From contig JASEGF010000001.1 in assembly GCA_030017935.1 (NCBI GenBank), positions 1 through 39,410 of the forward strand: a stretch of 39,410 nucleotides of DNA. The letters are read 5' to 3'. A program made the translations under genes and the position numbers. The notes below the pieces were generated by a model that saw only the letters and a list, made by a program, of their open reading frames with translations, did no database searches and was not told where the DNA came from. This document shows positions 9,955 through 19,922 of this stretch, one piece after another (within the stretch, counting starts at the first letter, position 1; the number at the start of each line of letters is the position of its first letter). The stretch is from Bacteroidales bacterium. GTDB lineage: Bacteria; Bacteroidota; Bacteroidia; Bacteroidales; DTU049.

Positions 9955-10028
9955 CTCCCCAGGTAGGACTTGAACCTACGACCCTCTGATTAACAGTCAG
10001 ATGCTCTAACCAACTGAGCTACTAGGGA
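9955..10028 (-). tRNA. tRNA-Asn (anticodon GTT)
   Basis: The reverse complement folds as a cloverleaf. Acceptor TCCCTAG/CTGGGGA; D arm GCTC-AGTTGGTTA-GAGC; anticodon arm TCTGA-CTGTTAA-TCAGA; T arm GTAGG-TTCAAGT-CCTAC; discriminator G. No CCA is encoded. Confidence 0.95.
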
Positions 10029-10041
10029 ATTTTTTGTTTTG

Positions 10042-10070
10042 CAAAATTAATTAATTTTTTTGAATTGCAA
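10042..10070 (-). promoter_or_regulatory. Bacteroidota sigma-A type promoter for tRNA-Asn (-33 TTG, -7 TAATTTTG)
   Basis: On the minus strand: TTG (10070-10068), an 18-nt spacer, then TAATTTTG (10049-10042), ending 13 nt before the mature tRNA 5' end. The same ...TTAATTTTGCAAA... motif precedes many genes in this window. Confidence 0.5.
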
Positions 10071-10088
10071 AAATTTTTTTAAAAATTT

Positions 10089-11660
10089 TTATTGTATTTT
10101 ATAATTAGTAAAATAAAATTCTTTAATATTAGTAAACTGATTGACAGATTTACGTAAGGAAGCTACTGATAGAAACAAATTATCATTAGATTGTATTAAT
10201 GAGAGATGAGGCATGATAGCACCATTCAGATCTTTGTATGTAAGTATGGAAGTACGATTAATATTACCAATTTTATCTACAACAGCCAAAGATATACATG
10301 CTTGCTCACCAGCAAAAGTCGCTGGTAATGTAATATCACTCTCATTATTATTTGAGATATTATCATTAAAAATAAAATGTAGTTTGTTATCTATAATATT
10401 AAAAGAATAACCTATCAACAAAGCTAAATTTTTATTATTAGTATACTGGTTTTTATGAATTTTTTTACTCCATATCAGCTGTCCATTATCATCTAATTGA
10501 ATAATATAGATGCTTTGCGCATTATAATTGTCTATGATATTAGTTCTCTGAGTGCCCGTTTGAGGATCATTTAGGGTAAATTCTTCTTGATATATAAAAC
10601 GTTTCTCTCCAATAATCCAATAATTATTATTTAGCAATATAATAGTATCTATATTAAAAGCCAACTCATCAATAGATTTTGTCCTCTCATTAAGAGATTC
10701 TTTCTTATTTTTATCAATCTCAACATTCAAAAAATCTTTAGTAAGTGGAATATGAGTAAATTTTTTAAATGTATCTAATTGATTATCAAATATATAAAAT
10801 GATAATTTATCAATATTTTCATTTTCAATATTACCTACAAAACTAATCAAAAACGTATTTTGAGCTACATTATACAATTTAGGTGCTAAACAATTAGGGT
10901 CAATAATAGAAGATATATTAATATTTTTTAAATTTTCCCCATTATTAGTGATAGCAAATAGCAAATATGATTTATTTGTATTATTAAAAAGGAGTATAAA
11001 AGCATTAGCTCTATTATCAATAGTTACTTGTTTAATAGAATAATTTTTATCAATAAATTTAAAATCAATTTCTTTTTCCCAGATTTTATTAAAATTTTTA
11101 TCTAAAGCAAAAAATTTAAATTTCTCTCTTTCATAAGGATAACGAGGTATAGGCTGAGATACTAAAAAATATGACTTTTCTGAATTAATATAAACTTCGA
11201 ATTCACCAGCTAACATTTTTGCTCTAGTATCAAATTCATAAAAAGCCACCTCTTTATAATCCTGCACCACAGATAAAGTTTTGCAATCATAAACATTATA
11301 CCATAATGCATTACCTTTTTTGCCTCTATCAAATAATTTATAAAAAATATATAAACTATCATTTATGATAAAAGAATTAGCATAATAAACCTGATATGAA
11401 TAGCCACCAGCTTTTATTTTAGTAGGTACAATGAGCGATTTAGCTATTGATAATTTTTTAGTATCTATCAGCTCGAGTTTATAAGCATCTAAAGTTTTAG
11501 AAAATAGTATAGCATTATTATCAGATAAACCTGAAAACAATATTAGGTTTAGATCATTTGATAAAGGATATGTTGTCCCTTGAGCTACTGTAGCTTGTGA
11601 ATAAATATGACATGATAAAGTAATTAAGACAAGTAATAAAATCGAAAATCTTTGATACAT
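10089..11660 (-). CDS. Secreted hypothetical protein
   Basis: Long ORF (540 aa from the ATG at 11711). I prefer the ATG at 11660, because MYQRFSILLLVLITLSCHIYSQ is then an N-terminal signal peptide. No recognisable motif. Confidence 0.55.
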   Translation of the reverse strand: MYQRFSILLLVLITLSCHIYSQATVAQGTTYPLSNDLNLILFSGLSDNNAILFSKTLDAYKLELIDTKKLSIAKSLIVPTKIKAGGYSYQVYYANSFIINDSLYIFYKLFDRGKKGNALWYNVYDCKTLSVVQDYKEVAFYEFDTRAKMLAGEFEVYINSEKSYFLVSQPIPRYPYEREKFKFFALDKNFNKIWEKEIDFKFIDKNYSIKQVTIDNRANAFILLFNNTNKSYLLFAITNNGENLKNINISSIIDPNCLAPKLYNVAQNTFLISFVGNIENENIDKLSFYIFDNQLDTFKKFTHIPLTKDFLNVEIDKNKKESLNERTKSIDELAFNIDTIILLNNNYWIIGEKRFIYQEEFTLNDPQTGTQRTNIIDNYNAQSIYIIQLDDNGQLIWSKKIHKNQYTNNKNLALLIGYSFNIIDNKLHFIFNDNISNNNESDITLPATFAGEQACISLAVVDKIGNINRTSILTYKDLNGAIMPHLSLIQSNDNLFLSVASLRKSVNQFTNIKEFYFTNYKIQ

Positions 11661-11738
11661 AATTAATAAATTTTTTAAGTTTATAAATTCAAAATTAAAT
11701 AAATTTTTCAATATGGAACAATTTTTATTTAGTTTATT

Positions 11739-11875
11739 AGTGATAGGTTATAGGAGACTGGGAGAAGAGGTGACTGGGTGACGGGGAGAAAAGGAGATAA
11801 GTGATGGGTGATAAGTGATGGGTGATGGGTGATAAGTGATCAGTGATAGTTGATAAGTGATGAGTTAAGCAAAAA
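11739..11875 (+). repeat. Purine-rich element: conserved core plus a degenerate heptamer tandem array (GTGATRR)n
   Basis: Almost C-free on the plus strand. The core is GGAGACTGGGAGAAGAGGTGACTGGGTGACGGGGAGAA. It is followed by GTGATGG GTGATAA GTGATGG GTGATGG GTGATAA GTGATCA GTGATAG TTGATAA GTGATGA and ends GTTAAGCAAAA. It is homologous to 32849-32996 in the opposite orientation. Confidence 0.8.
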
Positions 11876-11935
11876 ATTTAAACTATGTTAAACTTTTTAA
11901 TAAAATTATTATATATTTGCATAAAACAAAAAATT

Positions 11936-13975
11936 ATGAAAAAGTATATAATTTTATCAATTATGTTTTTAATATTTCTAAGCACAGTCAGTTGCACTAA
12001 GAAGCAAAGCAAATATCCATATTTAAGTGTTACAGACGTCACCAACACGATAGATACATTAATAAAAAAATATGGAACTGCTGATAGTACGAGAATAAGA
12101 AAGGGTGTAGAACAAGTAGCTATGCTATGGTATAGCGATGATGGTAATAAAGATGACTTCAAAGAATTTTGTAAAAATTCTTTTATCCCTAGTGGCGAAG
12201 AATTAGACCAAGTTTTTGAGAAATTAAATTTTTATTTTGAATCTTTATACGGTAATAGCCTACAGCTTTTATTAGATCTAAGGAAAAATATTGATGAGGA
12301 TACAGGACCATTGCACTTTTTAGATGAAATGTTTGGCAGCTATGATCCAATGGCACATATTACTGATGATTTTTTCAAAAATAAAATTGCATTTGTCATC
12401 AGACTCAATTTCCCCTATTATACATTAGCAGAGAAAAATAAAGAAGGCATTAATTGGACAGCTCACCAATGGGGTTATGCGAGATTAGGAGATATGTTTA
12501 CTTCGCGTGTACCAGCAGATAAACAACAGAATCTCACTCAGACTTTAGCAAAAGCAGAAACATACATAGCTACTTACAATATCTATATGGGTAATATAAT
12601 AGACGATAAAGGCAACAAGATGTTTGACACATCAGATGTGCTCATAACACACTGGGGACTACGCGACAAATTAAAAACATATTATGCTAATAAAGATGGA
12701 TTGAAATATCAAAAAACCATCTATGAAATAATGAAACATATCATAGATCAAACTATTCCAAAAGAAGTGATAAATAGTGACGTTTACCAATGGGACCCAC
12801 ACAATAATATTTTATATAATGATGGGAAAAAAATAAATGCTACAGCTGAAAACAACCAGAGATATCAAGTGTGGTTAAATAATTTTCACGCTATCAAAGA
12901 CATAGATCCTTACTATCCAGAATACAAAAACTATATAGAATTATCATTTGATGGAGTAATGGAGCTATCATTTGATGAAGTAGAAAAACTATTTATTACA
13001 TTTCTATCCTCGCCACTTTTAAAAGATATAGGCAAAGTGATAGAGAGTAGATTAGGACGACCATTAGAAGCTTTTGATATTTGGTATGATGGTTTTAAAC
13101 CTCGTGCGACAATGGATGAAGCCAAGCTAAATGCAATTACTAAAGAGAGATTTAAATCATCAGAAGATTTCGAAAAACAAATGGCAAATATGCTAATATC
13201 TTTGGGCTTTCCCAAAGATACTGCAGAATATATAGCTAATTACATAGAAGTAGATCCAGCTAGAGGCTCTGGACATGCATGGGGCGCAGAGTCTAGAAAT
13301 ATGAAAAGTCATTTAAGAACTAGAATAGCAAAAGATGGTATGAATTATTTAGGATTTAATATTGCCTCTCATGAATTTGGACATAATGTAGAACAAACTA
13401 TTTCTTTACATTTTGTAGATAATTATTTCATCCATGGAGTTCCAAATACTGCATTTACTGAAGCATGTGCTTTTCTATTTCAAGCAAGAGACTTGGATTT
13501 ATTAGGCATTAAAAATAAAGATTCTCTGCAATATTACCTTAATACATTAGATGTAGCATGGTCACTATATGAAATCATAGGAGTAGCGTTAGTAGATATG
13601 TACACCTGGCAATGGATATATGAGCATCCACAAGCTACTGCAGAGCAACTAAAAGAAACTGTTATAACTAATGCTAAAAATATCTGGAATAAATATTATG
13701 CGCCAGTTTTTGGTAAAAAAGATGAAACTATTTTAGCCATTTATAGCCATATGATCAATGATCCATTATATCTACCTAATTATCCAATTGGACACATAAT
13801 ATCATTTCAATTAGAAGAATATCTAAGAGATAAATCTTTTGGCAAAGAAATTATTAGAATGTATAGCTTAGGAAAATTGACACCTCAAGTATGGATGCAA
13901 AAAGCAATCGAAGAAAATATATCTATAGATCCATTAATAAATGCAACTAAAATTAGTTTAAATAAGATAAAATAG
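11936..13975 (+). CDS. Zinc metallopeptidase lipoprotein (HEXXH gluzincin, M3/M2-like)
   Basis: HEFGH motif (ASHEFGHNVEQ). MKKYIILSIMFLIFLSTVSC is a lipoprotein signal. The ATG at 11936 is preferred over 11885 because TATATTTG (a -7 box) lies just upstream of it. Confidence 0.7.
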   Translation: MKKYIILSIMFLIFLSTVSCTKKQSKYPYLSVTDVTNTIDTLIKKYGTADSTRIRKGVEQVAMLWYSDDGNKDDFKEFCKNSFIPSGEELDQVFEKLNFYFESLYGNSLQLLLDLRKNIDEDTGPLHFLDEMFGSYDPMAHITDDFFKNKIAFVIRLNFPYYTLAEKNKEGINWTAHQWGYARLGDMFTSRVPADKQQNLTQTLAKAETYIATYNIYMGNIIDDKGNKMFDTSDVLITHWGLRDKLKTYYANKDGLKYQKTIYEIMKHIIDQTIPKEVINSDVYQWDPHNNILYNDGKKINATAENNQRYQVWLNNFHAIKDIDPYYPEYKNYIELSFDGVMELSFDEVEKLFITFLSSPLLKDIGKVIESRLGRPLEAFDIWYDGFKPRATMDEAKLNAITKERFKSSEDFEKQMANMLISLGFPKDTAEYIANYIEVDPARGSGHAWGAESRNMKSHLRTRIAKDGMNYLGFNIASHEFGHNVEQTISLHFVDNYFIHGVPNTAFTEACAFLFQARDLDLLGIKNKDSLQYYLNTLDVAWSLYEIIGVALVDMYTWQWIYEHPQATAEQLKETVITNAKNIWNKYYAPVFGKKDETILAIYSHMINDPLYLPNYPIGHIISFQLEEYLRDKSFGKEIIRMYSLGKLTPQVWMQKAIEENISIDPLINATKISLNKIK

Positions 13976-14117
13976 CCACACTCGAGTTAGCAAAAAAATA
14001 CACTAATGTGTCGTTTTTCTAATTTTTACAGAAAATATTTTTAAAAAAAGATGATTGAAATAGTTGTTGGACTGATTAAATAATTTACTTTTCTATAAAG
14101 CACTTTATTATACCATT

Positions 14118-15125
14118 TCAACTTTGCAATGCATTTAATCTTTGAATAGCTTTGTCAAAATTAGTTTTGTATTTTAAGCTTGTCTTGTAATCTGATATTG
14201 CTTTTTCAATTTCACCGAGTTGTTCATATGCCAACCCTCTATTGTAATATGCTTCTGCATAGCTAGAGTCTATTTCTATAGATTTGTTGAAATTATAGAT
14301 TGATGTATTAAAATCTTTTTTATAAACCAAATATATGTATCCCAGATTATAATAAGCAAATTTATTAATAGGATTTATAGTAAGAATTTTTTGATAATGT
14401 TCTATGGCCTGGTCTATGCGATTTGTATTTTGCAAATGATATGCATAAATATAGAGAGCTTCCTCAGAATTAGGTTGTATTCTCAGAGCAGCTTTGAAAT
14501 ATTCATCTGCTAATTGCAAATCTTTATCACTTAATAGCTGACCTAGCTTCAAAAAAGCTTCATAATAATTAGGATCTGCCTGTGTGGCACGCTGCATTGC
14601 TGCTATAGCTTTATTAGTGTCGCCCTGTTCTAATAGTCCATATCCTTTCATAAAATATGCTCTTGCATTATTGGGATCTAAATCAGTAATTTTATTTAAA
14701 TAAGCATAACTTTTTTCGTAATCACCTATTAAAAAGTAAAGTTCTGCTAGTTTAGATAATGCCTCGATATTTTCATCATCTAATTCTATTGCTCTCAATA
14801 GTGCATCTCTACAATTGTTTATTGAATTTCTAGCTAAATATAAATCGCTTAGTATCACATGATATCTAGATATGTTTGAATTTATTAATAATGCTTTACT
14901 AATAGATGAATAAGCACTATCTATTTGCTCTGCTGACAAAAATATGACAGCTCGTTCTGCCCATAACGAATCGTTATTAGGATTCTTAGCTAGTAAAGAA
15001 TCTATATTTTTTATTTGTTTTTCCCAGCTTGTTAATTCTTGATCTTGTTGCTTTGATGGTTCTCTATAGCATGATAATATTAATACTAATGAACTAATAA
15101 TGACTATGAACAATTTGTGTTTCAT
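14118..15125 (-). CDS. Tetratricopeptide-repeat lipoprotein
   Basis: 335 aa with signal peptide plus Cys (LILSCY). It has repeated 34-aa TPR-like units (A..Y..G..Y...g....A...f.kAl.ldP.n). Confidence 0.8.
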   Translation of the reverse strand: MKHKLFIVIISSLVLILSCYREPSKQQDQELTSWEKQIKNIDSLLAKNPNNDSLWAERAVIFLSAEQIDSAYSSISKALLINSNISRYHVILSDLYLARNSINNCRDALLRAIELDDENIEALSKLAELYFLIGDYEKSYAYLNKITDLDPNNARAYFMKGYGLLEQGDTNKAIAAMQRATQADPNYYEAFLKLGQLLSDKDLQLADEYFKAALRIQPNSEEALYIYAYHLQNTNRIDQAIEHYQKILTINPINKFAYYNLGYIYLVYKKDFNTSIYNFNKSIEIDSSYAEAYYNRGLAYEQLGEIEKAISDYKTSLKYKTNFDKAIQRLNALQS

Positions 15126-15241
15126 ATTATTTGATTAATTATAAAATTGATAATAAAAAAATTTTTTATATTATAATTATTACATGCATAACATAAAGCA
15201 TTTACTAACATTACTCTATATAAAAAGGAATTTTAATTAAA

Positions 15242-16243
15242 TCAAGCGTTTTGAGCTAATTTTTCTCTTATTTTACTTTCTATTTGATTAGCTAGATCTG
15301 GATTTTCTAAAAGTAATTTTTTTACTTGTTCTCTACCTTGTCCTAATTTATTATTATCATATGAATACCAAGAACCACTTTTCTGGATAATTTCTAAATC
15401 GGCTCCCAGATCAATTATCTCACCAATTTTGCTAATGCCTTCACCAAAAATAATATCAAATTCTGCTTGTTTAAATGGTGGAGCTACTTTGTTTTTTACA
15501 ACTTTAGCTCTCACTCTATTACCCAGATATTTTTCACCTTCTTTTATTTGGCTTACTCGACGAATATCTACTCTCACAGTAGAATAAAACTTGAGAGCAT
15601 TACCGCCAGTGGTAGTCTCTGGATTGCCAAACATTACACCTATTTTTTCACGTAGTTGATTAATAAAGATACATAAGCAATTTGTTTTGCTAATATTTGC
15701 TGTTAATTTTCTTAATGCTTGAGACATAAGTCTAGCTTGTAATCCCATCTGGGAGTCTCCCATTTCGCCTTCTATTTCACTACGTGGGGTAAGGGCTGCT
15801 ACGGAATCTATGACTATAACATCTACTGCGCCACTACGTATGAGAGCATCAGCTATTTCTAGAGCTTGTTCACCATGATCAGGTTGAGAAACTAACAAAT
15901 TTTCAATATCTACACCGAGTTTTTGAGCATAATTAATATCAAAAGCATGTTCTGCATCTACGAAAGCTGCTATACCACCAGCTTTTTGTGCCTCTGCTAT
16001 AGCATGAATGGACAAGGTTGTTTTACCAGAACTCTCTGGTCCATATATTTCTACTATTCTACCACGTGGATAACCACCTACTCCTAAAGCCAGATCTAAT
16101 CCGATACTCCCTGAAGATATAGTGTCTATTGGTTCTACTGGATTATCACCCAGCTTCATCACTGATCCTTTACCAAAGGTTTTATCTAATTTATCTATTG
16201 TAAGCTTAAGGGCCTTTAATTTATCATTTTCTTCTGTCGCCAT
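15242..16243 (-). CDS. recA: Recombinase RecA
   Basis: Walker [10 protein letters not shown], plus [47 protein letters not shown]. Confidence 0.97.
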   Translation of the reverse strand: MATEENDKLKALKLTIDKLDKTFGKGSVMKLGDNPVEPIDTISSGSIGLDLALGVGGYPRGRIVEIYGPESSGKTTLSIHAIAEAQKAGGIAAFVDAEHAFDINYAQKLGVDIENLLVSQPDHGEQALEIADALIRSGAVDVIVIDSVAALTPRSEIEGEMGDSQMGLQARLMSQALRKLTANISKTNCLCIFINQLREKIGVMFGNPETTTGGNALKFYSTVRVDIRRVSQIKEGEKYLGNRVRAKVVKNKVAPPFKQAEFDIIFGEGISKIGEIIDLGADLEIIQKSGSWYSYDNNKLGQGREQVKKLLLENPDLANQIESKIREKLAQNA

Positions 16244-16248
16244 ATTTT

Positions 16249-16710
16249 TTATTTTATTTTTAATATATCTAATAATTGTTGTGTACTATTAGCTGTATCT
16301 ACATTTTTTATCACTTCTTGGATGATACCATTTTCATCGATTACAAAGGTAGTTCTCAATAAACCCTCAGTTTCTTTGCCACATCTTATTTTTTTGTCCC
16401 ATACACCATATAGATTTATGATCTTTTTGTCTGGATCAGGCACTAATGTGAAGTTTAAATTATATTTTTCTCTAAAATTATTATGTGATTTCTCATTATC
16501 TGGACTCACACCGATAACCTCAAAACCTAATTTAGTGAGGTATTCATAATTATCTCTAAAATTACATGCTTCTTTTGTGCAACCACTTGTATTATCTTTA
16601 GGGTAAAAATATAAAATTACCTTTTTGCCTTTCATATCAGACAATTTCATCTCTTTGCCACTAATGTGTATAAAACCAAAATCTGGTGCTTTTTGACCTT
16701 TATCTAACAT
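16249..16710 (-). CDS. bcp: Thioredoxin-dependent peroxiredoxin (Bcp type)
   Basis: 153 aa with the [16 protein letters not shown] peroxidatic-Cys motif typical of Bcp/PrxQ. Confidence 0.9.
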   Translation of the reverse strand: MLDKGQKAPDFGFIHISGKEMKLSDMKGKKVILYFYPKDNTSGCTKEACNFRDNYEYLTKLGFEVIGVSPDNEKSHNNFREKYNLNFTLVPDPDKKIINLYGVWDKKIRCGKETEGLLRTTFVIDENGIIQEVIKNVDTANSTQQLLDILKIK

Positions 16711-16828
16711 AATTTTTTTGTAAAATTAATCAATTTTTTTGATTTAATAAAATGTGTTTTAAATGTCGGCGACCTTTGATTTATAATAAAATTTTATAAA
16801 AAATTAATTATACTCTTAAAAAAAATTA

Positions 16829-18085
16829 TTAATCTTCAATAACTTTTTTGTGAGGTATCTCAAGCTCTCTATAATAACCATCATCTAATTTCCCTTTAAC
16901 CTCTTTAAATGCTTTAATAGTAATGTCTATATCATCTTTAGAATGTGCTGCAGAAGGAATAATACGAATGAGGAAAACGCCTTTAGGTACTACAGGATAA
17001 GTAACTATAGAGCAGAAAATACTATAATTTTCACGTAAATCTACGATTAAATTTGTAGCTTCACTATCACCACCTTTTAGAAAAACAGGAGTAACAGGAG
17101 ATTGAGTTTTGCCAATATCAAAACCAGCCTCCCTCAAACCACTTTGTATAGCATGTACATTATTCCAAAGTTTTTCACGCAATTCTGGCATAGTTTTTAT
17201 CATTTCTAATCTTTTCTGAATACCTAAAACCATCGGCATAGGCAAAGCTTTAGCATATATTTGAGATCTCATATTATAGCGTAAATAGTTAATAACATTT
17301 TTAGGACCTGCAATAAATCCACCTATGCCAGCAAAAGCTTTTGCAAAAGTGCCAAAATACAAGTCTACCTTGGACTGTAAACCAAAATGCTCGTCTGTAC
17401 CAGCACCTGTTGGTCCCATGGTGCCTATACCATGAGCATCATCTATTAATAACCGGAAATTATATTTGTCTTTCAAAGCTACAATACCTGGCAAATTACC
17501 TAACTCAGCAGTCATACCATATACACCTTCTGTAATCACTAAAATACCACCACCAGTTTCTTTGATAACAGCCTCTGCATGTTGCAGTTGCTTTTCTAAA
17601 CTTTCCATATCATTATGCTTGTAAGTAAAACGTTTGCCTATATGCAATCGCATACCATCGATTATACAAGCATGAGCTTCCTCATCATAAACTATTACAT
17701 CTTTTCTACATACAAGAGTATCAATTATAGAAACCATACCTTGATATCCATAATTTAGTACATAAGCATCTTCACGTTTTACGAAATCAGCTAATTGTTT
17801 TTCTAATTTTCTATGTTCTTTAGTATGTCCACTCATCATTCTAGCTCCCATCGGATATGCTAATCCATACTTAGCAGCTGCCTCAGCATCTACTTTTCTC
17901 ACCTCTGGATGATTAGCTAATCCTAAATAATTATTCAAACTCCATACTATCATTTCTTTGCCCATAAATTTCATATGAGGACCTATTTCACCCTCTAACT
18001 GTGGATACATGAAATAGCCATGTGCGAATTCATAATATTTACCTAATGGGGTGTCATCTAAATTAAACTTTTCGAAAATATCCAT
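16829..18085 (-). CDS. PLP-dependent alpha-oxoamine synthase family enzyme (Kbl/BioF/Spt-like acyltransferase)
   Basis: 418 aa. NNYLGL, IDDAHGIG and GTFAKAF (PLP lysine) are the family signatures. Confidence 0.85.
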   Translation of the reverse strand: MDIFEKFNLDDTPLGKYYEFAHGYFMYPQLEGEIGPHMKFMGKEMIVWSLNNYLGLANHPEVRKVDAEAAAKYGLAYPMGARMMSGHTKEHRKLEKQLADFVKREDAYVLNYGYQGMVSIIDTLVCRKDVIVYDEEAHACIIDGMRLHIGKRFTYKHNDMESLEKQLQHAEAVIKETGGGILVITEGVYGMTAELGNLPGIVALKDKYNFRLLIDDAHGIGTMGPTGAGTDEHFGLQSKVDLYFGTFAKAFAGIGGFIAGPKNVINYLRYNMRSQIYAKALPMPMVLGIQKRLEMIKTMPELREKLWNNVHAIQSGLREAGFDIGKTQSPVTPVFLKGGDSEATNLIVDLRENYSIFCSIVTYPVVPKGVFLIRIIPSAAHSKDDIDITIKAFKEVKGKLDDGYYRELEIPHKKVIED

Positions 18086-18191
18086 AATTTTTTTGCAAAA
18101 TTGTATATTTTTTTTTAATTGATACTAAAATATGAAAAAATACATTATTTTATTGATTTATTTGTATTATGCTTTTATCTATAACTATTTA

Positions 18192-19370
18192 TTAAAATGT
18201 TTCTTTATCAAATATCCATTTTAATATTTCTATATCAACATCAGATAATGACTTGTCTCTTCGATGCATCATATTTGTAGCTGTCAGTATAGCTTTATTA
18301 AAATTATAAATTTGTAAACCACTCGCCCCACCCCATCTGAAAGACGGTATAAAAGTCCGTGGAAATCCTGCACCAAAGATATTACAGGAGCAACCTATTA
18401 CAGTTCCAGTATTGAGCATAGTATTAATTCCTAATTTAGTATGATCGCCCATAATCAAACCAGCAAACTGTAAGCCAGTATCTTCAAAACTATTTAAAGC
18501 ATAATTCCACATTTTTATTTTTTCATATGTATTTTTTAAATTGCTGTTATTACTGTCTGCACCTATATTACACCATTCACCTATATATGCATTCCCTATG
18601 AAGCCTTCATGAGCTTTATTGCTATATGCTTGGAATATTACATTATTTAGTTCTCCTGCTATTTTACAATGAGGACCGATGGTAGTATTACCATAAATCT
18701 TTGCTCCAGCTTTTATTTGTGAATGTTCGCCGAGTACTACAGGACCTTTTACAGTAGCGAAATCCATAATTTCAGCGTTTTCACCTAAATATATGCTGCC
18801 TCCTTCTGCATCTAATGAACATGGCGACAATTTAACACCTTTTTCTATGAAAATATTATCTCGTCTTTTAGCATATACATAGTCTGGAATAATTTCTGAT
18901 TGTCTATTACGGGTTAATAATTCAAAATCTTTAATGATTTCTTCTCCATTCAATGAAAATATATCCCAAGTTCTTTTAATAAATTTAATGTCTTCATTAT
19001 AAATTTTACAATTTATATTATTTTGAATTTGTGAATTAATAATATTTTCAGAATAATTTTTAGATCTTACAGCTATAAAATTATTATCATAAATTAAAAT
19101 TTGATTTATTTCTAATTTCAAAATTTCATTTACTAAATCTTTGTTTGGTAAAATGCGAGCATCTATCCACAAGGTTTCTTCTGTTGTCTGTGGGAGTGTA
19201 TATTTGTTTTGTATATATTCTGCAGTTTTTAAATTAATAGCCGCATTTGTATATTTTCCCCATTTTTCTCTAATAGTTAAAATACCTATTCTAATGTCTC
19301 CTATGGATCTAGTAAAGACTATCGGTAGTAGGTGCTCTCGCTCTCTATCTAATAAAATAATTTGCTGCAT
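18192..19370 (-). CDS. GlmU-family putative sugar nucleotidyltransferase/acyltransferase (left-handed beta-helix)
   Basis: Hexapeptide-repeat region (IGEWCNIGADSNNSN..., GDHTKLGINTMLNTGTVIG). The ORF track starts at a TTG (19397). The ATG at 19370 (MQQIILLDRE) is preferred. Confidence 0.75.
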   Translation of the reverse strand: MQQIILLDREREHLLPIVFTRSIGDIRIGILTIREKWGKYTNAAINLKTAEYIQNKYTLPQTTEETLWIDARILPNKDLVNEILKLEINQILIYDNNFIAVRSKNYSENIINSQIQNNINCKIYNEDIKFIKRTWDIFSLNGEEIIKDFELLTRNRQSEIIPDYVYAKRRDNIFIEKGVKLSPCSLDAEGGSIYLGENAEIMDFATVKGPVVLGEHSQIKAGAKIYGNTTIGPHCKIAGELNNVIFQAYSNKAHEGFIGNAYIGEWCNIGADSNNSNLKNTYEKIKMWNYALNSFEDTGLQFAGLIMGDHTKLGINTMLNTGTVIGCSCNIFGAGFPRTFIPSFRWGGASGLQIYNFNKAILTATNMMHRRDKSLSDVDIEILKWIFDKETF

Positions 19371-19451
19371 AATATTAATTTTATACGAAAATAACAATTA
19401 GTTATTTATTGGCAAAATTTTAAGAAAAATGTTTGTATTATAAAATATTGA

Positions 19452-19493
19452 TAATAAAAAACAAATATCGATCAATATTAAACTGACCGATAT
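19452..19493 (-). terminator. Probable rho-independent terminator of the L31 gene
   Basis: Arms ATATCGATC (19465-19473) and GACCGATAT (19485-19493) pair with one mismatch. On the minus strand the hairpin is followed by the T-rich TTGTTTTTTATTAT. Confidence 0.5.
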
Positions 19494-19525
19494 TAATGAA
19501 TATAATTTGTCTTTAAGAGAATAGC

Positions 19526-19801
19526 TTATTCTTTTTCGTTTTCTTTGCTTGGATTATAATTTTTGTATCTATTTCTAAACTTATCTACACGACCTGCAGT
19601 ATCTACCAGCTGCATTTTACCAGTGAAAAATGGATGTGATGCATTAGAAATTTCAACTTTTATTAATGGATATTCGTTCCCATCTTCCCACACAATAGTT
19701 TCTTTTGACTGAGCAGTACTACGAGTGAGAAACATATAATCATTAGACATGTCCTTGAAAACTACAAATCTGTATTCTTTTGGATGAATTCCTTTTTTCA
19801 T
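19526..19801 (-). CDS. rpmE: 50S ribosomal protein L31, type B (no Zn-ribbon cysteines)
   Basis: [10 protein letters not shown]...SHPFFTGK...[23 protein letters not shown] box lies 22 nt upstream of the ATG. Confidence 0.9.
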   Translation of the reverse strand: MKKGIHPKEYRFVVFKDMSNDYMFLTRSTAQSKETIVWEDGNEYPLIKVEISNASHPFFTGKMQLVDTAGRVDKFRNRYKNYNPSKENEKE

Positions 19802-19893
19802 TTTTATTTAATTTTTGGTTTGCAAAATTAATAATATTTTCTATAATAAAAAAGTTTTTATACTAAAAATTTGGTTCTTTAATTTTACTGATA

Positions 19894-19901
19894 TAATTTT
19901 G
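19894..19901 (+). promoter_or_regulatory. -7 box (TAATTTTG) for the acidic-protein gene
   Basis: TAnnTTTG match ending 21 nt upstream of the ATG at 19923. Confidence 0.4.
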
Positions 19902-19922
19902 CATAATACAAACATAATAATT

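Noticed and set aside
11739-11875. CRISPR array or G-quadruplex-forming motif
   Set aside because: The period is 7 nt with no spacers, so it is not CRISPR. G3+ tracts exist, but most intervening loops are 11-20 nt, outside the canonical G3+N1-7 quadruplex definition.
11878-12162. Minus-strand 94-aa ORF overlapping the 5' end of the metallopeptidase gene, and the long N-terminal extensions 11885, 19815, 25117, 19397, 35904
   Set aside because: The extensions run through promoter boxes or start at TTG. Internal ATGs give proper signal peptides or conserved N-termini. The 94-aa ORF is antisense to a well-supported CDS.
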